Shown: piece after piece, positions 14,721 to 30,299 of the stretch
Layout: each line of letters opens with the position of its first letter
Numbering within the stretch: the first letter of the stretch is position 1
Assembly (NCBI RefSeq): GCF_009914755.1
Contig: NC_060929.1
Strand: one strand, 5' to 3'
Origin: the human T2T-CHM13v2.0 reference genome, Homo sapiens
DNA length: 64,000 bases
Position numbers and translations under genes: made by a program
Notes under the pieces: generated by a model
The model's input: only the letters and a program-made list of their open reading frames with translations
Told to the model about the DNA's origin: nothing
The model's database searches: none

Positions 14721-14794
14721 ACTCAAATTGATAGTCTTCTAGGATTTTCATTCGCTAACTCAAATTGCTAGTCTTCTAGAGTTTTCATTTGCTA
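14721..14794. repeat. Tandem duplication, 2 x 37 bp
   Basis: 14721-14757 and 14758-14794 match at 33/37 positions. Confidence 0.9.
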
Positions 14795-15574
14795 CCAAGT
14801 TAACTTGCTTACTAACTTGATTTGTCTTATCTCTTTTAGATTTATTTAAAATCCCTACCAATTTTAAGAGTCACTGCATATTCTTGATTACTTCTGCATG
14901 GCTATATCTCCATGTCCCCCTCTCCGAATTCTGATGTGTATTTGACTTGTTTGGATTATATTTCCTCCTGGCAAGTTTTCACTTCGTTGCAGTTTGACGT
15001 TTTCTTGACCTGTCAGTGCTCATGATTGTTTCCATGGCTTAACAAAGTGTACATATTTAGTTTCATTATTGTATAAATTTGTTGATTTTTCTGTTCATCT
15101 ATTAACACATTTAGAAGAAAGAACTGTTCTTTTTCCAAATTTGAACAGAACATCTCAATTCTATTAGTGATGTGCTTAGTAATGTGTATTGGATTGATTT
15201 ATTGTGGTACATTAATAACTTGAATGTGGTAGTTTTTAATGGAATCTGCCAGCTACATTTCTGAGAGACATGAGTGTGCCAAAGAAACACCATAACCAAG
15301 CTTTTACACTACTGCCTTATTTTCTTTCTGGAACTAGGCAGGTGTAAAGAGATGATTTAGAAAACCTTTTTGCATTTTATCTTTTTCTTAGTGTTTATCT
15401 GGGTTTCAGCTGCAAGGAATATAGCCCCTTTCGTTTGATGATGTTTATCCATATTTAAACATGGCCACCTGAAAGTTTAGCCTTAGTGTTTTATCTTAAA
15501 TATGTCAGTGACTTTGGAGACTGTTGAAGTACATCCATAATGTTTGTATGTTAGTTTAAAAGTAAAAAAGACTT

Positions 15575-15865
15575 GGTCGGGCGTGGTGGCTCATGCCTGT
15601 AATCCCAGTACTTCGGGAGGCCGAAGTGGGTGGATCACTTGAGGTCAGGAGTTTGAGACCAGCCTGGCCAACATGGTGAAACCCCATCTCTACTAAAAAT
15701 ACAAAAATTAGCTGGGCGTTGTGTTGGGCGTCTGTAATCCCAGCTACTAGGGAGGCGAGGCTGCAGAATTGCTTGAACCTGGGAGGTGGAGGCTGCAGTG
15801 AGCTGAGATCCTGCCACTGTACTCCAGCCTGGGTGACAGAGTAACACTGGACCTCAACAAAAAAA
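15575..15865 (+). mobile_element. Alu (AluS)
   Basis: GGTCGGGCGTGGTGGCTCATGCCTGTAATCCC... dimer with short A tail. Confidence 0.95.
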
Positions 15866-17326
15866 GTAACACTTTTCCTGCAAGGCAGTTTTCTCAAATT
15901 CATATTTGAATATTCTTATGACTATTTGTGGTCAAGAAAGATGCCTTTTAATCATAAAATAATCTTGAATAGAGTTTTTAAAAAATGTACTTCATGCAAG
16001 AAGACAAATGAGAATCTTTTCCTTCACTTAATAATGTATTCTCTGCTCATAATAATGCCCTGGTCTACAGTTGTCAGTATTTTATGCAGACGTTATTTTA
16101 TATGTTCCAGTGGTGTCTGAAATTTATAGCACACTGAGTTTGAGTTACCAGTAATAATTTACTTAGAAATCCCTTCAAGTTTATTCAGTATTCAATAGAG
16201 GATCAGTTGCTTTAAATATATTCATACATTTTGAGCATGTAAGAACATTTAGTATAGGAGAACTGTACAGTTAATATACATTTTTCTTTTTGATTCACTT
16301 TTCTTCTCTAAAGGGAGATTTGGGCATGTACTTTATAGACTGAGTCAAAGGTAATTGACTGCAAAAAAAAAAATTGATACAGAGTTGCCACTTTTAAGAA
16401 TGATTTGATACTGACTAGTAGCTCTCTGTCTTTTGTAAATTCCCTCTTATTATAGTTAGTTGCCTGATGATTGTTACAAATTTACTAATTTGGAAGTAAT
16501 AAAAACTTTCGAATATTCTTCCTTTTCTCATTGAAGTTCTTTACCTTTTCTCTTTGAAGTTACTTACATATCCCTAGAGGCACTAATTTATGGTAGAAGT
16601 TGTTAAGGGCTATGTTTGTCCATCATGAATGATGGTGTAACATCTGCATGGTGTTACTTCTTAGATCTTTGTTGATTAGAAGTGATAATCAGCTACTCTG
16701 ACTCTGAATCAGGGAGTGTTTATCAAGCCCATGACATCTGTTGTTCTGGGTGCTTTGTTCCTAGCTGCAGGACAAGGAAAAGGCCCTGCCCTCAAAGAAT
16801 TTACCCTTTCCTTGTCTAGTTCAGCCAGTGATTGTGTGTTTATAGTATGATTATCTATTAATACATTGTCTTATTTTAATTTTGGTTAATTTTATATATA
16901 TTTTATGTTTCTATACTGTGTTCTGGTTTTCAAAATCCTGTAATTGTGCTGGAGAATACTTTTAATTTTAAAACTCAAATGGAGTGGTGTTTTGATGGAA
17001 ACTAATCCATGATTTAGGGTAAATGGAGTTATTGTGCATGACCATGTGGAATATGTTATCAATATGAGTCAATCAGAATCACTAAGGTGGTATTAAACTG
17101 CTTATATGTCTTGTTTATAATTAGTTGTGTTATTGTCTTTGTTACTTGACTTCCATATTACTTAACTGTTGATGTGGTTAATCAGAACATGAGCTTTTTG
17201 AGGGTGAATTCTATGCCCATATCTCTCAAAGGCCTAAATAGGAATGTTTGCACACAATACTTAAAATAGTTTTTCCACTAATAAAGATTTCTGATACAGA
17301 TTCAACATACTATAAAACTGATTTCA

Positions 17327-17630
17327 ACCGGGTGCAGTGGCTCATGCCTGTAATTCTAGCACTTTGGGAGGCCAGGGCGGGCAGAGTGCTTTGAGCTCAG
17401 GAGTTCAAGGCCAGCCCGGACAACATGGAGAAACCCCATCTGTACAAAAAGTACAAAAAAATGAGTCAGGTATGGTGGCTTGTGCCTGTGTTCCCAGCTA
17501 CCCGGGAGGCTGACGCTGGAGGATTGCTTGAATTGGGAAGTGGAGGTTGCAGTGAGCCAAGATTGCGCCACTGCACTCCAGCCTGGGCGTCAGAGCCAAA
17601 CCCTCTCTGTCTTTTAAAAAAAAAAAAAAA
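17327..17630 (+). mobile_element. Alu (AluJ-like)
   Basis: Dimer with GAGCTCAGGAGTTCAAG and GGAGGATTGCTTGA; poly(A) tail. Confidence 0.92.
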
Positions 17631-18869
17631 GAATCAATCCTTTGTTGTGCTAAAGAGAGGATATTTACCCTATGGGGGGATAAAAGTAGTAGTGCCTGTT
17701 TCTTGTTATAAATAAATAGCAGTTGTGCCGTCTTTAGTCCTCAGGGTCAAACTTTACTGAATAAAATCTGGAATAAAATCTTGTGGGAACTAATTTTCAG
17801 AATGTGAGCCATTTTTATACATTGTTACTTCTTATGTAAACCTACCTATGTTATAAATGTTGTATCATATAAAGATGGAAGATTCGCCCTTCCAATGGTT
17901 TATTTAATCTTCCTTGCTTAGAAGGAATAGGCCAACAGTTGGCAAAGACAGTATGTCTCTGGAGAAACTATCTTACTGGAAAATAGAATTGTCCTAGTAT
18001 TGAGATAAAGATGGTTTGGTTTTGGTTTTGTTTGCAGATGCCTCAGATCTAGGTCAACAGATTAAAAGTACTTGTAAATATTCATTTTCCTTTTGTTCTT
18101 GGAAGACACAGACTGTGAAATCACTCTCATCTGAGTGTAAGTCATAGTGTTTTTTACATATAGACTTTATCACCTTGAACATGTAACTGAACCTCCCATA
18201 TCCTTTGTCTCATCTGTAAAATGGAGTAGTAAGAGCCGCGTCTCAAGAGAATTGACTGAGTAACCCATGTGACTGTTAGCCCTATCCTTGGGAAGGAATT
18301 GTCAGCCTTTCTGTTTCATTATGCTCTCCCTATCCTCAGTTTAAGTCATTCCTGCTCTTGTCCTTTACCTGGAACCTTACACTTTAAGTGTCCCACAATG
18401 GACTAGGATTGTTTTGGAAGGTCATTCCTCCCTTGCTGTCCTCTTCCTCAGTAATATGGCTTATGAGTTTGGTAGTGTGTGAATTTCTTCTGCTAGGAAG
18501 GCTTCACAGGTGGACCTTAATTAGTTAGCTCTGAATTGTGCCTATCCCAAATAATGTATTTTCTAGGGTTCCTTGAAGTTCCTTGGACACCAAGAGAATC
18601 AAGATACGGAAATCTTAATTTATACCTAAGGTTAAATCTCATTAATTTCCAGAAAGGTTTTCTACGATCGTTATAGTCTTAGTTGCCTCTATTGCAGTGA
18701 AATGCTCTAATAATGAAGAGAATTAATATGCTTCTTTAATTATTATAATTAATCAAATCGTCACTGTTGTAAAAACTTACAAAACTTGTTTGGATTATTA
18801 TCAAATAGGTATCAGCACAGGTGCTGACTTCTTGTAAAAACAAACTTAGACTGGGCAGTGAACACTCAT

Positions 18870-19065
18870 AGCAGCAGAGAGTACAGCTCTTGAATCAAAC
18901 CTGTGGGGGTTTGAATCTGGCCCTGCCACTCACTTACAAACTGTGTTACCCTGGGCATAACCCAGCCTCCCCAAGCCTCCGATGGAAAAGACCTCACAGG
19001 GTTGCTGGAAGGGTGCAGTAAATTCATACATGTAAAGCACCTAATCCATTGTCTGGCATGTAATA
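18870..19065 (+). mobile_element. MIR SINE
   Basis: GGGTTTGAATCTGGCCCTGCCACTCACTTACAAACTGTGTTACCCTGGGCA...TGTAAAGCACCTAA. Confidence 0.7.
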
Positions 19066-19165
19066 TAATTTTTCTGTGATGACACTCTGGCAGTTATTTC
19101 TCCATATCGCTGGTTGTTGACAAACATAATATTTCCTTCCTAAGGATGAGCCATTTAATAAATAA

Positions 19166-19498
<333 letters not shown>

Positions 19499-21349
19499 AG
19501 GATTCTATTTTTGAGTGTTTATGAAATGTCCCCTGTGTGCCAGGCATTGTGCAGAACTAGTGTTTTAGTCAGACTATTTGAGGTTGCAGGGAACAGAGAT
19601 GGGTTAAAATTTATTTCATTCCAAATTAAAGAATCCACCAAGAAGTTTCCTCCATTGCAGCATGTACACTTGGCCCGTGGAGAACTAGTCATTCATTATC
19701 CAGGGGTGGTATAAAAGTGGCTGTCATCATCTAACAGCTTATCAGGGGACCCGTGTACAACTTGTTAGGTTGACTTTTGTTGCTTCTGCATCCCTGTCTT
19801 TCTTCTAATTTCTCTCTCTTCTCCCTTATTTCTGTCTCAGTGTTTCTACTTATTACCTTGCTCTGTTTCCGTGTTAAGTGCCACTCTTCCTGCAGTAACA
19901 CTATTTGTGTGTTTTACTTTCAAACTCTCAGGGAGAGAGCTGACTCAGGCGTACAATACCGTTCAGTACAGAAGGTCATTGGACCAAGGAACATTCCTGG
20001 ACCAGGCAGCTGTGGAAGCTGGGATGGATTCAGATGTATAAAGCACCTTAAGCATTAGCCACCACCCTTAGGACTGGGCAGACCCTTCGCTTCCCAGAAA
20101 GGGGCAGTATGTCAGGTCACTGGGCAGTGTGATAGAACAATGAATAAGAGGGAACTTGTCCTGGAAGAGCTCACAATGTGGAGAGGGAAGCAGATACTTA
20201 AACATATACTTAATTTTATGATATATTGTAGTTAATATTTACCATGCAGCGGGAGAGCAGCTAACTGCCGTAGAATGGTGGTAGGAAATTCTTCATTGAA
20301 GCCATATTGAGATGGCAAAGGGTATTCCTGGCAGGGAAAAAAAAAAAAGTCATCTGCAGAGACGGGAGTAAAATATCATGGTATATTTATGAAGTTTTTT
20401 TGTGCTATGAGAAGAGGGCCATAGTTGGTATTTAAGGGGCTCCAGGAAGAAGGTCTAATTTATGGTACTGATGAAGATGATTAGACATAGAACCAGGAGA
20501 AAAAGACCTCATAGAAGAGTAGAGGAGAGACCTACAAGAGAGTTAGCACAATCAACAGTGGCTGACACCACATTATAAGGGGAGGACTGACTACAGTTTC
20601 CCTGAGAAGGGACCCTTGAAGCATCTTGGTTTTTAACAGGTGAGTTTTGTAGGTCTAGGAAGAGTCTAGCACTAGAAACCTAACCTCAGGGAGTAAGCGT
20701 TCTTGAAGTTCTGTGTCAGGTCACAAATTCATTCTTAGGAATGTCTAGAAACCAAAACCAAGAAACCTCATGTTTCCTAAATAAACAGGAAATGAAGATA
20801 AAGCTTGATCTGTAATAGTGCTTAAGTTTCTCTTATTTTTCTGACCACAATTTTATTTATTTTTAAGTCTTCAAGGTAGTTTCTCAAAACACATTGTTTA
20901 GCTGAAATCTGTTATTTTTTTAAGGTCAAAAGTGTATACACTATTATTTAAAATAGGTATGTTTCTGGGTAATGTTTGGCAAAAATAACTCCCCGAAACA
21001 TTCACGTTTAACCAACATGAGTTGGAGATGGCTCTCATCTCCCAGTGACTTCACAGCTATCTGTTTAGATTAGCTTTGGTTAAAAAAAGATTTTTTTCCT
21101 GCTATGGCTGTGATATCTTAATTGGATGATAAATCACTGCTATATACATACATACATACACACAAACACTCATCTAGTAAAAATGAAAACCCTATATATG
21201 CCTGGCTTATGGAAGATTATATGTTAGGATTATAACAAAAACAATACAAGTATGTAAAAAAATTTTTCACAGTTTGGTTCTGTTTCAGAGAGAAATTAAA
21301 CAGAGTAGATGTGATTTATTCGTGGCAAATACAATAGGATTTACTATAT

Positions 21350-21512
21350 ATTTCATTGATTCAAAGATCCCAGTGGTTGTAAGTTGTACCATTATTTTAT
21401 ATACTATGAAGGAAATAACACCTGCCAGTTAAATTATAATAACTTTTGATTGCAAGAGGCATTCATATTTCAGATATTAAAATGTGAAAAAATACACATT
21501 TTAAAATTAATG
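21350..21512. mobile_element. Probable MER104-like non-autonomous DNA transposon
   Basis: TTTCATTGATTCAAAGAT...TTTTAAAATTAATGA degenerate inverted ends; family name from recall. Confidence 0.5.
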
Positions 21513-21714
21513 ACATGTAATTATTACAAAGAGACTAGGAAAAACACTTTGGTTTATATTTGCAGATTAATTTAGGAACAGTGAAAATTGTTCTGAACAA
21601 CATCTAAATTGCAAATTTAGTCTTAATTAAATACAGAATTATAAAAAAAGTTAATAAGAATAGTCATTAAAATTTAAAACTGGGAAGGCTGTAGGACTGC
21701 CAGAGTTAATAAGT

Positions 21715-22300
21715 GATCATTCACTTAATATATGTTCATACTTATTATGAGCCAGACATGCTTAGATGTTAGGTGTATAGATGGCGATAACACGTGGTCC
21801 CCTCACTCATGGAGCTTACAGTTCATAAGAGAGGAACAGTTTGCAAACTGCAGTAACCATGTTAAAGGAAAAATACAAGTGCTGTGAAAGAATGGAACTG
21901 GGAGTTCTTAATTGAAATTGGGAAAGTCTCTGAGGAGTTGAGGAAAATCTAGAGAGTGGGTAGAAATTAGGTAAAAAGTAGACAGAGAAGGAAGCAGCCT
22001 GTCCAGAAGCCCTGAGTAGGAAAGATCTTGGGGTTATTGAGGCAGTGAAGAAGGGGGGTTGCAGGTCTGATGACAGGAATTGAGGTGAGACCACGAGGTG
22101 CAGGGCCACTTAGGTTGGGCTAAACATTTTGGATTTTAGTCTAAGCCCGGGGGGAACCACTAGAGCATTTTAATGGAGGAAGTAACCCTGGCTGCACTGT
22201 GAAATCTGGGTAAGATTCAAAGTTAAAGAAGCCTCGTTAGGAGCCTGTTGCTAGTTCAGAGCAGGTTTAAGAGCAGCTTGACCTGGATGGGCGTGTGAAT
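21715..22300 (-). mobile_element. L2 fragment
   Basis: GTGGTCCCCTCACTCATGGAGCTTACAGT followed by purine-rich antisense L2-like sequence. Confidence 0.7.
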
Positions 22301-22413
22301 GGAAGACATATTTTTTAGAAGATTATTTGACAATATTATCAAAAGTCTTCATTTGTGTACATTTTTAACCCAGCATTTCCATTTCTAGGTGTTTATTCTA
22401 AAGAAATAATTTA

Positions 22414-22722
22414 GGCCAAATGTGGTGTAATCCCAGCACTTTGGGAGGCCGAGGTGGGTGGATCACCTGAGGTCAGGAGTTCGAGACCAGCCTGACCAAC
22501 ATGGTGAAACCTCATCTCTACTAAAAACACAAAATTAGCCAGGCGTGGTGGCACATGCCTGTAATACTAGCTACTTGGAAGGCTGAGGCAGGAGAATCAC
22601 TTGAACCTGGGAGGCGGAGGTTGCCAGTGAGCCTATTGCACCATTGCACTCCAGTCTGGGCAACAAGAGCTAAACTCCATCTCAAAAAAAAAAAAAAAAA
22701 AAAGAAAGAAAAAAGAAAAAAA
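22414..22722 (+). mobile_element. Alu (AluS) inserted in an old L1M fragment (~22310-22840)
   Basis: Alu dimer with long A tail; flanks contain L1M-type TAACCCAGCATTTCCATTTCTAGG. Confidence 0.92.
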
Positions 22723-23329
22723 TAATCTCATAGTCCTTAAACATAAATAAGGTAAAACGAAATTTAAAAAAGAATCTCAGATGTGTGTAAAAGTTCAGCT
22801 ACTAGAATGCTCATCCCTATTATTTATGATAAAAGAAATTGGTCTAAAAGATGACAGTATTTTCAAACAAGTGGAAAGGAAAGAGACACATTAGACTTTA
22901 AGGAGGCCATGCCATCCAGAAAGATTTGTTTAGACAAGGAACATCCTTTGTGTGTTTGACTCGGGGCCAGGAACAGAAACTGAAAATCCATAGCAGAGAA
23001 GAGATACTCCTGAAACAGATTTGGGGGAAGAGAGATAGCTAGGACCACAGGAAAGACTATCAAGCACCTTGGTCTAGGAGTGCAGGAGTTTCTGGTATAA
23101 AAATGCACTGCAGTTCCACTGTGAGGCTTATTTTTTGGAACTAGCCTGGGAACCAAACCACCTCTTGCAACATTGTTACTGGAGGGGGAAAGCGCTTTTA
23201 ATACTAAAGACTTGGAAGTGAATTTTTAGTATGCAGTCACCACATAAATTCAGTTGCCTACAAAGCTGAGCCTCCTGGAATACCAACTGAGCAGGATGGA
23301 CTTTTTTGGAAGACACTTTATCCCCTGTG

Positions 23330-23481
23330 TTCTTCACCCCTACCTCTCTTTCTCTGCCTTCCTCTCCCTCCTCCTTTTTCTCCTCCTCCTTTCTTCTCTG
23401 CCTTCTTCCCTTCTCTCCATCCCCCCTTCCTCTTTCCTTCTTTCTCCTCCCTCCCTCTCTTACTTTCTTCTACACATCCCC
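23330..23481. repeat. CT-rich low-complexity polypyrimidine tract
   Basis: About 150 nt almost entirely C/T. Confidence 0.92.
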
Positions 23482-24772
23482 TAATATTTATATTTTATAA
23501 TCAGCATAAAAAGCAGCCAAGCACGTATAAGTAAATTAGATAATCCTCCTTTTTTCATACTTTTTGAAAGTCTCATATTGCTTCTATATAACAGTATTTG
23601 TGTGTGTATGTGTGTGTAAGGAAATATTTTACGCTGTGGTCTTAATGCCTATTTGCAAGTTTCAAACCAAATGTTATGTATTCTTTGTATTTCTAAAAAT
23701 GTCTAGGCCAGTTGCTGATACAAAGATGTTTAATATGTTGCCTTCTACTTTCCTCACAGTCTTGATGCTTCAGTGAAACGGGTTAACCGTTTCCTTTCTA
23801 GTGAATATTTTTTTTTAAGTAGTTTCTTCTTCCTTTGGCTGATTCTCTGAAGATCGTACTTCATAGTTGTGATTAGCTGGAAAATTCCTAGAGGAGTTTG
23901 AATTTGTCTTTGTAGTAAACTTGAGGTTCTTGTTTTTGGTATTTCCTTGAGTATTTCCTTTTCCTATCAGTGTAGAAAAACTGTTCTCTAGCTTTAAAGA
24001 CTTTTCAAAATAGTTACTGAAATTAGCTTAGTATTTTTAAAGTTGTTACTAATCCCAAGGTGCAGTTGCTTTAACTGCATCCTTATAAATCAGGTTTTCA
24101 AATCTATGCATATCGTGTATGCATGTATGCTCATGTGGATATGGGTATATTTTAAAATTAGTGATTTTCATGAGCTTGATGCTTTGCCTGTTAGGCTTTG
24201 TAGAGTTAATTCTCAAACGTTCTTAGTTTAGAGATTGTTTTATTCTGGTAAATCCACACCATTTTATGGAGTAAAGATCAAATGTTTGTACTGGATAATT
24301 TTTATTCTTTATAGAGTACCCCAAGTGCTTTGTTATGAAGTCACTGTTCTATGAAAATAAAAATTTAATCATGTAGGCTATGAAAAATTGTTTTGGGGTC
24401 ATAGATGATGTAGTTAAGTTTCACTTCACTTATTAAATATTTATTGAGCTTATTTCAGATAAATCAGCATATCCACCAGATTCTATCTGTATTGACTTAA
24501 TTTATTGGAAATCCTGGGATAAAAGTGTAGTAATACACCCTTCTAAATATTTGTTATTTGGGTGGTAGAATTAAAAACAATGCAGTCTTAGTGAATATAT
24601 TTGTTAATATAGTGCTTAATGTCTTGGGATTCATTTTGTTAACTACAGTGGAACATAGGTCTGCATGATATATGTCAGTAGTATATAATTCAGAATCTTT
24701 TCAAGCTTTAAGTCATTTGGGGTTTTTAGCAGTTATCTTTTTTATTACATGTCCGTTGGAAGTATAAAATAG

Positions 24773-25042
<270 letters not shown>

Positions 25043-25849
25043 TAGGAGGAAATGGAAAAGTAAGCATAAATAGATCCTCTTGTAAGCTTTTCTTCTTCAT
25101 TTTAAATGTAGTAGTTTTCTTTACTTGATATTGTGGTCATTTGGAAGAAACCATAATTAAAACTGTGCTCATTAAACAACTTAAACTATTCTGGGAACTT
25201 AACTGTTGTGTTTGGTGGAGGGGTAAATGCTTAAACCAAGACTGCCCTCTCATGTCAGTATCTAAAATCCTTTCATTGGAGTTTTATACTGTACTTGTAA
25301 ATTTTAAAAAGAATTTTTCCAGTTTATTTTAGATGTTTTATCTCTAAGACAGGATCCAAGGATCTTAATTTCAGAAATCTTCTAGGAAAGAAAACATTTA
25401 ATTGCAGTAATTCATAAGTGTAATGATTGGGTTTTCACATGCATGCATAAGATGTGCGTTTCTCCAACTTTGTTACAGTGTCAGCATGTTATCCTCATTT
25501 GACATGAAAAAATGTTTAATAGACCTATGGGGATTAAGATAAATTAAAAATGTGTGGGGTTTGATGAAAGAAAATCTAGAGTCCTAGATTTTAAAAAGCA
25601 GGGATACTCTGTCCTTTGCTATAGGTATAAGAATATATATTCTTATAAGAATACCATCATGAAATGTGTGTCTTCATTCTTACAAAGGAAGAAGTATTAC
25701 AGTATCCTAGCACTAATCTCTCTCAGCAAGTTTTTATTTTGTTCTTTTAAAACAGATATGGCAACTTAAAATTCATCTAAGCTTTGACAAGGGTCTAAAT
25801 ACACCCCTGCCAAGTGATTGTCTGCCCTACATTCATCCCATATGCCTAT

Positions 25850-26020
25850 TTAAGTTTACATTTAAATTAATTAGATGTAAATAAAAGTAAAAATTTAGTT
25901 CCTCAGTCTCACCAACTACATTTCAAATGCTCAGTAACCACATGTGGCCAATGGCTACCTTTTAGGCAGTGCAGTTTTAGCACATTTTCACTGCCTCAGA
26001 AAGCTCTCTTAGATGTGTAG
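25850..26020. mobile_element. MER3/MER33-like hAT fragment
   Basis: CACCAACTACATTTCAAATGCTCAGTAACCACATGTGGCCAATGGCTACC. Confidence 0.7.
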
Positions 26021-27943
26021 TACTGACTCGTGTCTGACTTAAATAACTCAATAATCCCTGTGGCTTTCGATATCCTCATCACTGAGCTGCAGTCTGTCAG
26101 GAATATTTTACCCACTGGTTCTCATTCTAACCGATGGAATTATACAGAATAAATCTAATTGTTCCTTTCCATACCAGCACTTGGTAAGTTATTATGGGCC
26201 CATGAGTCCTTGTCTTTACAGCTAAGTTTCTACATTTCTTCCATTTATTACTCACGTGAGGTGGTATGGTGGGAACCCCTCACCATTTTAGCTATTCGTG
26301 CCAGAAGGTGAATATGAAGAAATTAAGGATTTATCTTAGAGAAGAGAAAGTGCTATTGAAACATCTTGTAGAATGTTGGCAGTTAAAAGGGCATATTACT
26401 ACTCAATCAATATAAAGAACTTTTGAACAAGCAGAGCCATCTGAAGTTTGAATGTGCTGCTTTCTGAGCTCCTTTAGATGGAGGTGTTCAAACAGCCTAA
26501 ATCTTTTGAGAATACCGTAGGGCATAAATCACAACTTTTTAAAAATGAGCCAGCTATTTGTTCTTTATTATACATGAACTAAGAATATCCAGTTCTCTAA
26601 AACAAAATTTTGGTTTTTATACTGTTCACTTTCTAGCAAGTACCAAAGTACCTTGTCTGTATATAAGACATGAGTGAAGAGGGAGGAGATGTGTGGAATA
26701 AGATGCATAACACATAGTCCTTAAGCTTAATTATGCCACCCTACATTTTATGATTTACGGATTTCGTATTATCCTTAGGAAGTTTACTGTTTACTTGGGA
26801 GGTCTGATTTTGTTTGTTTTTATACTTTAAGTAAGTTGTGTCAAATCATTCTTGAAACATAAAGGGTAAATATCTCCAAATGGGAAAATTAGACTTATAC
26901 ATAATAAATAGAGTAATACATGAAATATCACAAAGCAACTTGTGACTAGGTGCCAAATGTGTGGGATGGGCAGAAGAGCAATAGGGACTTAGGAAAGAGA
27001 AGGAATGTCATGCTGGTAGACTTCAGGGAAGTTTCATAAAAGGAAGAATTTTAACTCAGCGTAGAAAGATGGGTAAATTTTCCTCATGTGAAGGTGTACT
27101 GCCTGGGGTGCTGCAGGCTGGAGATGAGTATTAAAATAGGAGGAGAGTGAGTGAAAGCACAGGAGGAGGAAGGGTCAGGCAAGTTTGGTGAACACAGCAA
27201 CTGGCTATAGAACAGGAGCAGTGGGAGAAAGTCCAGAAAGGTCTGCTGAGCTTCAGTTGTACAAAGCTGTGGAGTTTGGCCTTTGGTCATGGCTAGATTA
27301 GGTCTGAAAGCCTTAATTAAAAAAAAAAAAAAAAAAGGCAGGTCTTGTAAACTGCATTTCTGCTTGAGAAATTGATCTTTAAACTTCTAGTCTCTTTTGG
27401 TTTTCTGAGATACACATCTAACCTATTATTGTAATATAACATTGTAAAGAAACACACACACACACAAAGCAGGGAAAATGATTGCATAGTGATCAAACTA
27501 TTTGAAATTATGCCCAGTGTTGTTTCAAGGTCCTACATTTTGTAAAAACAAATAAAAACGTACCTAGATCTTTGATCTAGTAGTTGAATAAGTTGACTGT
27601 AGAAGTTATGAGTGCTTATTTTTCACATTTGTTTAATCACCTTTGATTGTTGCTTTTGAGTGTTAAATGAGTTAGGGTATATAATAACAAATAATACCAT
27701 TTCTACAGTTTTGTATGCATTACAAAATTGTAAGGGAGGAGGTTGCGTTTTAACTAGTGTTAAATCCTAAATGACTGAAATTTGTGCAGGTAAAAATAAT
27801 CTTTTACATTAATAGCTTAAAGTAATAATAAAAGTTGATATATTGTCTGGTATACTGGTATAATATTTCATAACAAAAACTCATTAAGTGTATTTCCTAG
27901 TCTATGATATTTACATTTACTTACCTTTTATATTTTTAAGTAA

Positions 27944-28177
<234 letters not shown>

Positions 28178-28826
28178 TAATGTTACAACAAATATGTTAG
28201 TTTTTATAATTTTTAGCTTCATTTATAACAAAGAAAAGACTGGCCAGCCATCTGTTAGAACATCAGTTTTCAAAATATGATCTGCAGACCCCTGAGGATG
28301 GGGGGGGTGGTTCCTGAGACCCTTTCTGGGGTCTATTAGGTCAAAACTAATTTTGTGATAAAACTGGGATGTTGTTTGCCTCTTTCCCTGCATTGATATT
28401 TGCAGTGGTGGGTAAAGCTACTGGTGCCTTTTCCCAATTTAAGGCTACAACTGTAGAAACTATATTCATTATTGCTATGTATCAGCCATTAAAGAAAAAA
28501 ATGCCAGTTACACTTGATAATGCCTTTGACAAGGAAATATAAATTAATTTTATTAAATCTTGACTCTTAGTAAATACGTGCCTTTGTAATATTGTGTGTG
28601 ATGAAATGGGATGCATGCATAAAGCACTTCTACATACCAAAATCCAGTAGTTTCTAAAGGAGAAGTATTTGTGCGGTTGTTAGAGTTGCAAGCTGAACTA
28701 GTTATTTCTTTCATGGAACATGAAATGAGTGACCAACAAACTATGATTATTTAGATTTGGGTATTTGGAAGACATTTTTCTTAAGGTGAATTAAATGAGA
28801 CTGTCACTTCAAGGAAAGCAACTTAA

Positions 28827-29201
<375 letters not shown>

Positions 29202-29544
29202 CTACTATCCACCACTATGAGCTTGACAGCCTCCCAGTGCTTAGACTTTTCTGATAAGATTGGTGATAACAAATGTGATTATTTTCATGCTGTATAATGA
29301 AATATGTGAACATTTGGAAGATCTGCGTAACTTAAGGAACCAATATTTTCCACGTGATCAGTGTATGATAATAACAAAATTATTCATAGGTAAAAGATAC
29401 ATTCAAAGTGTAAAATACACCATTTGGATTTTTAATGTGCCAGTAGGAAAAGTTTGTTGATGTGGTTTCAGATTCCACATTACAACTGCCTTTAAGAAAC
29501 CATTTTTTGAGCTTTGGTATAGTACCAAAGAATATTCATCATTA

Positions 29545-29843
<299 letters not shown>

Positions 29844-30299
29844 AGGGGGGGCTATTAAAATACTCCTTCCTTTTACATCTACGTATCTGCATGAGGCCAA
29901 ACTTTCTTTCATATACTTTAATCAAAACATCATATCACAGCAGATTGAATGCAGAAGCAGCTATGAGAATCTTAGCTGTCTTGTATATTAAGCTAAACAT
30001 CAAAGAAATTTGCAAAAAGATAGGTGGTAAATTCATGTGAGAGAGAGACTTCTAGTAGTGGAAATGCATGTTAAGACTCACTTTCTAACTTTGAAGAACA
30101 AATGATTGAATGGAAAAATGGTTGAGATAGTGACCACAAGAGGAGTTTGGGTTTTTTTTTAAGATCTGGAGTTATTAAGGTACATAAATTCGTTAAAAAG
30201 TACATTTAAAGCAAAAACATTTTACAGTAAAACCTGATGCCCAACAGTAGTTGTTGGCTCTATGTTAAAATACCTTTAAATTAACTATTAATTTTTGTT

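Noticed and set aside
23254-23500. Leu/Ser/Pro/Phe-rich ORFs that look like membrane or signal peptides
   Set aside because: Their composition is an artefact of the CT-rich tract.
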